64,000 nt of DNA from an uncultured Holophagales bacterium (lineage in GTDB: Bacteria; Acidobacteriota; Thermoanaerobaculia; UBA5066). Position numbers and translations under genes: made by a program. Where the stretch lies: assembly GCA_963696015.1 (NCBI GenBank), contig CAVOJA010000006.1:523-64522 (forward strand), written 5' to 3'. Below are positions 53,691 through 63,324 of the stretch, piece by piece. How positions within the stretch are numbered: position 1 is the first letter of the stretch; the number at the start of each line of letters is the position of its first letter. The notes below the pieces were generated by a model that was given only the letters and a program-made list of their open reading frames with translations, was not told the DNA's origin and did no database searches.

Positions 53691-54083
53691 TTGGGCGTGT
53701 TGAGCTCTCGTCGCGTTCCAGCCTCGACCGTCGTGGCCGTCACACGGACGGTCGCGGTGTCCTTGCTGGGTGTGAGGCTCTTTTTTGCCGGTTCGGCGAC
53801 CTCGTGCGCGGAAGCGGGTGCCTCCTGCTGCTGCGCCGGGTCTCCCGCCGACGCGCCTGAAGGCCGGGAAGGATGCGGCTGTGGCTGCTCCGTCTCCCCG
53901 GCCGCTCCTGTCCCGGTCGCCGTCCTCGGGTCGGCCGACGGCTTCGCCCCCCCGGCGCTCTTCGCCGAAGGGGCCGAAACCCGAGTGGTCGACGGCCGGG
54001 GAGTGCTCCCGGCCGTCCCGCGGGCAGCGCCGAGGGCCCGATCGGCGCCGACGCAGGCACTCCTCGAGACGTTCCGGAACTGA
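53691..54083 (+). CDS. Hypothetical small Cys-rich membrane protein upstream of the efflux operon (uncertain)
   Basis: TTG-start ORF of 130 aa. GC3 in this frame is about 75-85% by hand count, which is compatible with coding. It has one hydrophobic helix followed by SCAEAGASCCCAGSP...GCGCGCS. Caveat: a hairpin plus T6 lies inside it (53720-53786). Confidence 0.3.
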   Translation: MGVLSSRRVPASTVVAVTRTVAVSLLGVRLFFAGSATSCAEAGASCCCAGSPADAPEGREGCGCGCSVSPAAPVPVAVLGSADGFAPPALFAEGAETRVVDGRGVLPAVPRAAPRARSAPTQALLETFRN

Positions 54084-54152
54084 GACCTCGGAGGATCGTG
54101 CTCTCGCCCGTCCCGCGTGGGACGGCCTGACGACCGTCTTTCCGAGGTGGCC

Positions 54153-55497
54153 ATGTCTCTGTGCCGCGCGTCCTTTCGTATCTCCATTCCTGGTGTCCTC
54201 GCCGCGAGCGTCTTCGCGTTACCGGCCGTCGCCGTACCCCCGGCGACCGACTTGCCGGACACCCCGGCGAGCGTCGAGGTTCTCGTCGCCGAGGCGCTGG
54301 ACAAGAGCCCCGCCCTCGCCGCCGCCCGGGCCGAGGTTGCCGCCGCGCGCGAGCGCATCGCTCCCGCCGGCACGCTCCCCGACCCGATGCTCTCGCTCGG
54401 GTACGAGAACGACGGAACCTCCTTCTCCCTCGGCGAGGAGCCGATGACCCGCCTCTCGTTCATGGCCGAGCAGGAGATCCCGTGGCCCGGGAAGCTCCAC
54501 GCCGCAACGAAGGTGGCCGCGGCGGACGTGGAGGTCGTCGAGGCGCGCCTCGCGCGCGTCCGCCTCTCCGTCGAAGCCGCCGTCCGCAGGGCGGCCGCGC
54601 GCCTCCTCGAGGCGCGCGAGCTCGAGGCCGTGACGCGCGACCAGGGGAAGACCTGGGAGAGGATCGAGGCCGTCGCGCGGAACCGGTACGCCGCCGGCCT
54701 GGGGACGCAGCAGGACGTCCTGCGCGCGCAGGCCGAGCGGACGCGCCTCCTCCAGCAGGCGCGCCGCGACGAGGCCGCCGGGCGGATCGCCCTCGCCGAC
54801 TCCGACGCCTTCTCCTCCGCGGCCCCGACGAGCCGGTCTCCCTCGCGGGGAGCCTCGCCGGCGCCCCTCCCGTCGCGCCCGAGGCGGGCGCGGAACGCGC
54901 GCGCGCCGAGGAGGAGAGCCCCGAGCTCGCCCTCGTGAGGAGGGTCGCGGCGCGCGAGGCCCTTGCGATCGACCTCGCGAAGCGGGACCGCGCCCCGGAC
55001 CTCGTCGCGTCGGCCGGCTACATGAATCGCGGCTCCCTTCCCCTGATGTGGAGCGTCGGGCTCGGGGTCTCCGTCCCGCTCTTCTCCTCGCGCAGGCAGG
55101 AGCCGCGGGTCCGCGAAGTGAGGCCCGCCTCGCCGCTGCGAAGGCGGCGGAGGGCGACGTGGACTCCCTTCTCCTCGCGAGGACCGAAGAGAGGCTCGCC
55201 CTCCTCGACCAGCTCGCCGAGGAGGCGCGCCTCGACCGGGAGTCGCTCCTCGTCCAGGACCGGCTCGCCGTCGAGGCCGCGCTTGCGAGCGACGGCACGG
55301 GCACGGTCCCGTTCGCCACCGTCCTCGAGGCGATCGGCACCGAGTTCTCCGACCGGCGCGCGTCCCTCGCGCGCCTCGCCGTCTTTCGGACGGCCCAGGC
55401 GGACCTCCTCGAGCTGAGCCTCGAGGGTGCCGCCGCGATGACCCCTTTCGCCGCCCCCTCCGCCCCGGCCGCGATGAGCGCCGGCGGCGGGATGTGA
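54153..55497 (+). pseudogene. TolC-family outer membrane factor (CusC/CzcC-like) with two single-base frameshifts
   Basis: An OMF-like sequence continues across three frames. Frame 1 reads MSLCRASF...EAAGRIALA. Frame 2 reads LRRLLLRGPDEPVSL...WSVGLGVSVPLFSSRRQEPRVRE. Frame 3 reads EARLAAAKAAEGDVDSLLLART...LELSLEG. The switches fall at about 54798-54802 and 55117-55120, and each is restored by adding one base. Confidence 0.8.
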
Positions 55498-55508
55498 GGA
55501 GAGACCCC

Positions 55509-56984
55509 ATGAACCGCACGAAGACGAAACCGACCCGCGCCGCGCTCCTCGCGGTCCTGCTCCTCACGCTCGCCGTTCCGGCGGTCCTCCTTGTCGGCTG
55601 CGGCGGCGGCGAGCCCCCGGCCTCCGCCGGGACGAAGACGTACGTCGGCCCCATGCACCCGGAGATCGTGAAGGACCACGAAGGGGACTGCCCGATCTGC
55701 GGGATGCGGCTCGTCCTGAAGGAGTCCGGCCCGGCGACGACCCCCGCCGCCCACGAGGTCTGGACCTGCCCGATGCACCCGGAGATCGTGAAGGACCGGA
55801 AGGGGAGCTGCCCGATCTGCGGGATGGACCTCGTGAAGAAGGAGGAGGGCGCGCCGGGAGGCGGCACGGCCGAGGCGGGCGTTCCCGGCTTCGCGACCGT
55901 GACGATCGACGCCCGCAAACGCCAGCTCCTCCCGCTGAAGACGGCGAAGGGGGGGCGGGGAACGTTCGGGACCGGGATCCGGACGGTCGGCCGGGTCACC
56001 TCCGACGAGCGGCGGGTCCGCCACGTCCACACCCGGTTCGAGGCTCACGTCGAGCACGTCGCCGCCGACTTCACGGGCAAGTACGTGAGGAAGGGCGAGG
56101 TCCTCGCCCACGTCTACAGCCCCGAGCTCTTCGCGACCCAGCAGGAGCTCTTCCTCGCGCTCCGGGCCGTCCGCGCCCTCGGGCCGTCGGCCGACGCCAC
56201 GGCGCGCGAGGGCGCCGAGCGCCTCCTCGACGCGACCCGGCAGCGCCTCCGTCTCTGGGACGTGGCGCAGAAGGACATCGTGGCCCTCGAGGCGCGGTGT
56301 GAGCCGCTCCGGAGCTTCACGATCTACGCGCCCACCTCCGGCGACGTGACGGCGCGGACGGCCTTCCACGGCATGAAGGTCATGCCGGCCGACACGCTCT
56401 TCGACATCGTCGACCTCTCGTCCGTCTGGGTCCTCGCCGACGTCTACGAGTCGGAGCTCCCGCGCTTGAAGGTGGGGCAGACGGGGCGAATGACGCTCGC
56501 CTACCGGCCGGGGCAGAGCTGGACGGGGAAGGTGACCTACGTCTCCCCCTCGCTCGACGAGAAGACGCGGACGGCGAAGGTCCGCCTCGAGTTCGCGAAC
56601 CCCCGGGAGGAGCTGAAGCCCGAGATGTTCGCGGACGTCGTCCTCGAGAGCGCGCCGCGGACGGCGCTGAAGGTGCCGGACGACGCCGTGCTCGACAGCG
56701 GGACGCGGAAGGTCGTCTTCGTCGCGAAGGGGGAAGGGGTCCTCGAGCCGCGGGAGGTGGAGGTCGGCGAGCAGGGGGGCGGGTCGTGGGAGATCCTCTC
56801 GAGCCTCGGGGAACGGGAGGAGATCGCTCTCGGGGCGAGCTTCCTCGTCGACTCCGAATCACGGCTCGCATCGGCTCTCGCGGGAATGCGGGACGGCGCG
56901 ACGCCGGCGACGGGTCACGAAGGCCACGCGGCGCCTGCGCCCGCGCCGTCGCCGTCCGTGCCGGACACCGGGCACGCGCACTGA
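55509..56984 (+). CDS. cusB: Efflux RND periplasmic adaptor (CusB-like) with two N-terminal heavy-metal-binding domains, predicted lipoprotein
   Basis: Lipobox (LLVGC). Two copies of the MHPEIVKD..G.CPICGM.LV motif. The membrane-fusion-protein core follows (SGDVTARTAFHGMKVMP, FANPREELKPEMFADV). Confidence 0.85.
   Translation: MNRTKTKPTRAALLAVLLLTLAVPAVLLVGCGGGEPPASAGTKTYVGPMHPEIVKDHEGDCPICGMRLVLKESGPATTPAAHEVWTCPMHPEIVKDRKGSCPICGMDLVKKEEGAPGGGTAEAGVPGFATVTIDARKRQLLPLKTAKGGRGTFGTGIRTVGRVTSDERRVRHVHTRFEAHVEHVAADFTGKYVRKGEVLAHVYSPELFATQQELFLALRAVRALGPSADATAREGAERLLDATRQRLRLWDVAQKDIVALEARCEPLRSFTIYAPTSGDVTARTAFHGMKVMPADTLFDIVDLSSVWVLADVYESELPRLKVGQTGRMTLAYRPGQSWTGKVTYVSPSLDEKTRTAKVRLEFANPREELKPEMFADVVLESAPRTALKVPDDAVLDSGTRKVVFVAKGEGVLEPREVEVGEQGGGSWEILSSLGEREEIALGASFLVDSESRLASALAGMRDGATPATGHEGHAAPAPAPSPSVPDTGHAH
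55653..55826 (+). repeat. Two 54-nt direct repeats (55653-55706 and 55773-55826, period 120 nt) encoding the duplicated metal-binding motif in cusB
   Basis: The copies differ at 6 of 54 positions by hand alignment. All differences lie in three adjacent codons (cac gaa ggg gac versus cgg aag ggg agc). Confidence 0.8.
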
Positions 56985-56994
56985 GGAGACGGCA

Positions 56995-59900
56995 GTGATC
57001 AGGCGAATCATCCACTTCTCGGCGGAGAACAAGTTCCTCGTCCTCGCCCTCTGGGCCGTCGCGGTCCTCCTCGCCTTCCGCGCGCTCCGGAACGTCCCGC
57101 TCGACGCGATCCCCGACCTCTCCGACACCCAGGTCATCGTCCTCTCGAGGTGGGACCGGAGCCCCGACATCCTCGAGGACCAGGTGACCTACCCGATCGT
57201 CAGCGCCCTCCTCGGGGCGCCGAAGGTGAAGACGATCCGGGGCTTCTCAGACTTCGGCTACTCGTTCGTCTACGTCATCTTCGAGGACGGGACGGACCTC
57301 TACTGGGCCCGCTCGCGGGTCCTCGAGTACCTTTCGAAGATTCAGGGGAGCCTTCCGCAGGGCGTGAAGACGGAGATCGGCCCCGACGCGACGGGCGTCG
57401 GGTGGGTCTACCAGTACGCCCTCGTCGACGAGACGGGGCAGACCTCCCTCGACGCGCTCCGCTCCGACCAGGACTGGTTCCTCCGCTACCAGCTCCAGTC
57501 GGTGCCGGGCGTCGCGGAGGTCGCGACCGTCGGCGGGATGGCGCGGCAGTACCAGGTCACCGTCGACCCGAACCGCCTCGCGGCCTACGGCATCTCCCTC
57601 GAGGCCGTTTCGGACGCGCTCCGGAGGAGCAACGACGAGGTCGGGGGGCGGCTCATCGAGATCTCCGGCCGCGAGCACATGGTGCGCGGCCGCGGGTACC
57701 TCCGGGGATCGGCGGACATCGAGAAGGTCGTCGTGAAGACCGACGAGCGCGGGACGCCGGTGACGATCAAGGACGTCGGCAGCGTCGCCCTCGGGCCGAC
57801 CTGCGCCGCGGGCTCGCCGAGCTGGACGGGAAGGGGGAGACCGTCGGCGGGATCGTCGTCATGCGTTCCGGCGAGAACGCCCTCCACGTCATCGAGCGGG
57901 TCAAGGCGCGGATCGACGAGATCCGGCCGTCGCTTCCGACCGGCGTGAAGCTCGTGACGACGTACGACCGCTCGACGCTCATCGAGTCGGCGATCGACAA
58001 CCTGAAGGGGAAGCTCGTCGAGGAGATCGTCATCGTCTCCATCGTCATCCTGATCTTCCTGTGGCACGTGCCGAGCGCGCTCGTCCCGATCCTGACGATT
58101 CCGGTCTCGGTCCTCCTCGCCTTCATCCCGCTCCACCTGATGGGGATCACGGTCGCCATCATGTCGCTCGGCGGTATCGCCATCTCCATCGGTGTCCTGG
58201 TCGACGGCGCGATCGTCGAGGTGGAGAACGCCTACAAGAAGCTGCAGATCTGGAACGACACGGGACGGAAGGGGGACTTCCACGCCATCCGCCTCGAGGC
58301 GCTGATGGAGGTTGGCCCGTCGGTCTTCTTCTCGCTCCTCGTCATCGCCGTCTCGTTCCTCCCGATCTTCACGCTCGTCGACCAGGAGGGGCGCCTCTTC
58401 ACGCCGCTCGCCTGGTCGAAGAACTTCGCGATGGCCCTCGCGGCCGTCCTCGCGATCACGCTCGACCCGGCGATGCGGATGCTCTTCGCCCGGATGGACC
58501 CCTTCCGGTTCGGCTTCGCGCACGGCGGGGAGAGCGCCCTGGTGCGGCTCGTCCGGCTCCCGGCGCGCCTCGCCGAGAAGGCCGTCAACGCGGTCGCCGT
58601 CGGGACCTACCACGCCGAGGAGAAGCACCCCGTCTCGAAGGTCCTCTTCCGGCTCTACGACCCGGTCTGCCGCGGCGTCCTGCGCCACCCGAAAAAGGTC
58701 GTCGCGGTCTCGCTCCTCGTCCTCGTCTCGACCGTGCCGGTCTACCTCTCCCTCGGTTCGGAGTTCATGCCTCCGCTCCACGAGGGGACGATCCTCTACA
58801 TGCCGACGACGCTCCCCGGCATCTCCGTCACCGAGGCCGCGAAGCTCCTCCAGACGCAGGACCGCGTCCTCTCGACGTTCCCCGAGGTGGAGCGCGTCTT
58901 CGGAAAGGCGGGGCGCGCCGAGACGTCGACCGACCCGGCACCCCTCTCGATGATGGAGACGACGGTCATCCTGAAGTCGGAGCACGAGTGGCGGCCGAAG
59001 GAGCGCTGGTTCTCCCCGTGGGCACCGGAGTGGCTGTCGGCGGTCCTCCGGCACGTCTGGCGCGACCGGATTACGTACGAGGAGCTCATCGGCGAGATGG
59101 ATCGCGCGCTGAAGATCCCGGGGACGACGAATGCCTGGACGATGCCGTTCAAGGGGCGGATCGACATGCTCTCGACGGGGATACGGACGCCGATCGGCGT
59201 GAAGGTCTTCGGCTCGGACCTCGCCGAGATCGAGCGGATCGGCGCCGAGGTCGAGGCGGCGGTGAGGACGCTCCCGGCGACGCGCTCGGCCTTCGCCGAG
59301 AGGGTCGCGGGAGGCACCTTCGTCGACTTCGAGCTGAATCGCGACGCGCTCGCCCGCTACGGCCTCACCGCCGCCGACGCGAACATGGTCATCATGACGG
59401 CGATCGGCGGCGAGACCGTGACGACGACCGTCGAGGGGCGGGCGCGCTACAGCGTCAACGTCCGCTACCCGCGCGCGCTGCGCGAGGACCTCTCGAGCCT
59501 CTCGCGCGTCCTCGTCCCGACGATGTCGGGGGCTCAGGTGCCGCTCGGGCAGCTGGCCGACATCCGCCTCGTCACCGGGCCGTCGATGATCCGCAACGAG
59601 AACGGGCTCCTGTCGGGCTACGTCTACGTCGACTTCGACACGTCGAAGGAGGACGTCGGGTGATTCGTCGAGAAGGCGAAGACCGCCGTCGCGGAGCGGG
59701 TGACCATCCCCACCGGGTACTCCCTCGTCTGGAGCGGCCAGTGGGAGAACATGGTGCGGGTGCGGGAACGGCTCGAGGTCGTCATCCCCGTCACCCTCGT
59801 CCTGATCTTCCTCCTCATGTACGCGAACACGAAGTCGGTGGCGAAGACGCTCATCATTGTCCTGGCCGTCCCGTTCTCGGTCGTCGGCGCCGTCTGGTAC

Positions 59901-60326
59901 CTCTGGCTCCTCGACTACAACATGTCGATCGCGGTCTGGGTCGGGATGATCGCCCTCATGGGCCTCGACGCCGAGACGGGGATCTTCATGCTCCTGTTCC
60001 TCGACCTCGCCCACGACGAGGCGAAGAAGAAGGGGCTCCTCCGAAACCTCCCCGACCTCGTCGAGGCGATCGTCCACGGCACCGTGAAGCGGATCCGGCC
60101 GAAGGCGATGACGGTCCTCTCGGCGTTCTTCGGCCTCCTGCCGATCATGTGGTCGACGGGCGTCGGGGCCGACATGATGAAGCGGATCGCCGCGCCGATG
60201 GTCGGAGGTCTCGTCACGTCGTTCGCCCTCGAGCTCCTCGTCGACCCGGCCGTCTACCTGCTCTGGAAGAAACGGGAGCTGCCGGGGCCGGAAGCGCCCG
60301 GAGAGGAGGCCGCCGCGATCGCGTGA
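56995..60326 (+). pseudogene. cusA: CusA-type heavy-metal efflux RND permease, disrupted by one single-base frameshift and one in-frame TGA
   Basis: Strong CusA-like sequence throughout (PLDAIPDLSDTQVIV, VYVIFEDGTDLYWARSRVLEYL, GPDATGVGWVYQYALVD, IMSLGGIAISIGVLVDGAIV, RIRPKAMTV). The frame changes at about 57796-57800 (VALGP / DLRRGLAELDGKGE). An in-frame TGA lies at 59661-59663 (SKEDVG*FVEKAKTAV). Confidence 0.9.
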
Positions 60327-60411
60327 GAAACTCGGTACTGAAGACACTCCGGATGCAGGTCACCGGTCGGGCCCACCCTCGTCTGGTCCCGCCCGGGGCC
60401 CGGGAGGTTCC

Positions 60412-63294
60412 GTGCGCTTTGCCGTCCCGCTGCTCCTCGCTGCGTCTTTCGCAGCGCCCGCCGCCGCGCGTGTCGTCTCGTACGCTCCCGTCACGAACAG
60501 GTACGCGACGCCCATCCACCAGCCCAGGGCGAGCGCCCGATTCGTCCTGGCCGAATCGGACGTCCAGTCCACCTGGTACTACTCCTCGACGCCCCGCGGG
60601 CGCCTCGTGGTTCACGACGCGACCGGCCGGGACGAGCCGCGGGTCGTCCTGCCGACGACCGGGCCGGAGGTGCTCTTCTCGGTCGCCGCCGCGAGGCCGG
60701 GTCCCGGCGGGAGCCTCCGGATCCTGGCGCTCGTCGACCGAAGCCCCCAGGGAGTCGAGGACTACTCGAAGAAGCAGCTCCTCTTCAGCCGCGACGGGGG
60801 CGATACCTGGGCCGAGGTCCTCCTCCCCTCAGGGGTCCTCCCCGTGGTGTCGGTGGCGACGAGCCCGATGGCCGATTTCGGAGGCCCGAACGCTCGGGGC
60901 CGGCAACCCTCGCTGAGGCTCGGCTCAGACGCGACTCCGTTCTTCCTCTGCCTCAGGACGTCGGCGCTCGGCGACGACCGGGCCGTCGTCGCCGTCGACG
61001 ACGACGGAGCGGCGCGGGTCCTGACCGGGGCGTCGATGGTCACGTGGCCGGACGGGCACGGTTCGCAGATCGGGTACGTCCCGTTCTTCGTCGGAACGAG
61101 CCACGACGGTGCCTCGGTCCTGATGGTCGGAGGCCTCCCGGCTCCAGGAGCGCCAGGCCAGCAGCCGGCGGGTCTCTGGCGCGTCGACGCCGCGGGCGGC
61201 GTGGAACGGCTCGTCGAGCTCGCGGGCGCGCTCCCGTCGATCGAGGCGTGGCTCACGCCCGGCGGTCTCGCCTATCTCGACGTCGACCCGTGGGCGGGGC
61301 CCGCACCGACGGCGCCGTTCCACGAAGGGCAGGGGCTGTACCTCGTCGAGGGCGGGACCGTGAGGCGGGTCGCCGGGCCCGACGGAGCCCCCCCCGGTTC
61401 GGGCCAGACCGGGACGGAGCTGATCGCGATCCCGACGTCCGACTTCGAGGGCTCCTGGGTCTCTCGCCGCGGTCTCGGTCGGCCGACGACTCTGGCCCGG
61501 CACACCCCTGGCAGCGGGCTCGTCGAGATGTGGAGCGACCCGACGGCCCCCGAGGTCGAAGCGCTTCACGCGGGCTCCTCCGGCCAGAGGCTCCTCGTCC
61601 AGGTCCACCGGCCGCGTCCGCAGATGGACCAGCGCCTCATCCTCGACCCGGCCCTGGCCGTCTGGGAGGTAGGGGGGCCCGCTCCGGCCCGCTACGACGA
61701 GCTCTTCCTGAACGAGCAGCCGACGAAGGGGTTCGTCCACCTCGACGTCGAGACGGTGGCGTCCGGGCAGCCGTTCGTCTTCGATGCCGGACCCCTGGAG
61801 GGGTGGTGCTGTGCTGGGGGCGGGCCGTCCGGCGACGGAGGGAGCGGCGGAGCCGACGTGTTCCAGGAGTGGGGCGTCGTCAAGGGGTCTCTCCGCCAGC
61901 GCCTCGTCATCCCGGCCGTCGCCCGGACCGGGGGCGCGGGCGGCGCGTTCTGGACGACGGACATGGTCCTCGGGAACCCGGGCCCGGAACCGCTGGCGCT
62001 GGACCTCCGTTTCGTACCCGCCGAGGAGGGGGAGGCGGAGGATGCGACGCTGACCCTCGGCCCGAACGAGATCCGGGTCGTCGCAGACGTGCTCGGCTCG
62101 CTCTTCGGGAGGGAGGCCGGCTCGGGGGCTCTTTTCCTCACTCCCGAGGGGACCCGCGTCGTCTCCGCGACGACCCGCACCTACACGGCCTCCGAGGAGG
62201 GGTCCTACGGGATGTCCCTCGGTGCGGTCGACCTCTTCGCCGCGTCGAGCGCCCGGTTCCCGCTCGCGTTCTCGGGGGCCTTACCCGGCTGGGGATACAG
62301 GACGAACGCGGGGGCGGTCGACGTCGCCGGACGGGGCGCGACCGTCGGCCTGAGGTTCGCGTCGGAGTCGGGATGGGCGGGCCGGCCCGACCTCTTGGTC
62401 GAAGCCAGGCCCGGCGGAACGGCGCAGCTGAACCGGCTGGGAACGTGGCTGGGGGTCGAGCCGTGGCGGGCGGGCGCCCTGAAGTACGCGCCCACGCGGG
62501 GCGAATCCGTTCCGTTCGTCATTTCGATCGACGAGGTGACGAATGACCCGACCGCCTGGCGACCCGACCTTCCCGCGCCGGTGGCGAGGGCGATCCCGGC
62601 GCTCGTTCACGCCGACGGAAGGAACGGGGCCCGGTTCCGGAGCGACCTCTTCCTCTACAACGACTCGGACGTGCCCGCGAGCGTCACGCTGGCGGCGAAG
62701 CGCTGGGATTCGACGGCTCCCGAGAAGCTCGTGACCCTCACGCTCTTTCCCCGCGAGGCGAAGACCGTTCGCGACGCGCTCGCCGCCGTGTTCCAGCTGG
62801 AAGGTGTCGCCCGGCTCCGGTTCATGGCGGGAGAGGGCGGGGCCGGGCTCGGCGTCCGGGTCACGTCGCGGGCCTATACGGTGAGGCCGGACGGCGGCAC
62901 GTACGGCGTCCCGCTCCCTCCTCTGAACGCGTTCCAGATGGCCGGGGCCGGCGAGGCGCTCGTGCTCTTCGGCGTCCTCGGCGGACCGTCCTTCCGGACG
63001 AACCTGGCGCTCGTCGACATGACGGCCATCGCCCGCGGAACGACGGTTCGGGCGAGGGTCGAAGTGATCGGAGACGGCGGCGCCGTCCTCGACGCGTTCG
63101 ACGTGAACGTCCCCGTCGCCGGCGGCATACAGATCGACGACGTCTTTCGCGCCCGGGGCCTCGGCGACGGCCCTCCCGCCGCCCTGCTCCGGATCCTGCC
63201 GGAAGGCGGGCTCGTCGGGGCCTACGCCACGTCGATCGACCAGGGCACGAACGACGCAATCCTGGTTTCCGCGGCGCTCGCCGCGCGGGATTGA
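60412..63294 (+). CDS. Secreted protein with an N-terminal BNR/Asp-box-containing (propeller-like) region and a divergent copy of the tandem C-terminal cassette
   Basis: GTG start and signal peptide (RFAVPLLLAASFAAPAAA). One clear Asp-box (SRDGGDTW). From about 61900 there are two domains of roughly 230 aa each, with the same landmark motifs as the cassette in the other two proteins (FWTTDMVLGNPG, YRTNAG / FRTNLALVD, IDEVTNDP / IDQGTNDA). Confidence 0.65.
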   Translation: MRFAVPLLLAASFAAPAAARVVSYAPVTNRYATPIHQPRASARFVLAESDVQSTWYYSSTPRGRLVVHDATGRDEPRVVLPTTGPEVLFSVAAARPGPGGSLRILALVDRSPQGVEDYSKKQLLFSRDGGDTWAEVLLPSGVLPVVSVATSPMADFGGPNARGRQPSLRLGSDATPFFLCLRTSALGDDRAVVAVDDDGAARVLTGASMVTWPDGHGSQIGYVPFFVGTSHDGASVLMVGGLPAPGAPGQQPAGLWRVDAAGGVERLVELAGALPSIEAWLTPGGLAYLDVDPWAGPAPTAPFHEGQGLYLVEGGTVRRVAGPDGAPPGSGQTGTELIAIPTSDFEGSWVSRRGLGRPTTLARHTPGSGLVEMWSDPTAPEVEALHAGSSGQRLLVQVHRPRPQMDQRLILDPALAVWEVGGPAPARYDELFLNEQPTKGFVHLDVETVASGQPFVFDAGPLEGWCCAGGGPSGDGGSGGADVFQEWGVVKGSLRQRLVIPAVARTGGAGGAFWTTDMVLGNPGPEPLALDLRFVPAEEGEAEDATLTLGPNEIRVVADVLGSLFGREAGSGALFLTPEGTRVVSATTRTYTASEEGSYGMSLGAVDLFAASSARFPLAFSGALPGWGYRTNAGAVDVAGRGATVGLRFASESGWAGRPDLLVEARPGGTAQLNRLGTWLGVEPWRAGALKYAPTRGESVPFVISIDEVTNDPTAWRPDLPAPVARAIPALVHADGRNGARFRSDLFLYNDSDVPASVTLAAKRWDSTAPEKLVTLTLFPREAKTVRDALAAVFQLEGVARLRFMAGEGGAGLGVRVTSRAYTVRPDGGTYGVPLPPLNAFQMAGAGEALVLFGVLGGPSFRTNLALVDMTAIARGTTVRARVEVIGDGGAVLDAFDVNVPVAGGIQIDDVFRARGLGDGPPAALLRILPEGGLVGAYATSIDQGTNDAILVSAALAARD

Positions 63295-63324
63295 ACCGCG
63301 GCCGGCGTCCCGGCAGGGCTCTCC

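Noticed and set aside
59661-59663. The in-frame TGA in cusA interpreted as selenocysteine or an alternative genetic code.
   Set aside because: TGA is used as the ordinary stop for many well-supported genes in this window (for example ruvB, the NSS transporter and the M28 peptidase). Only a weak 4-bp hairpin follows the codon. RND permeases are not known selenoproteins.
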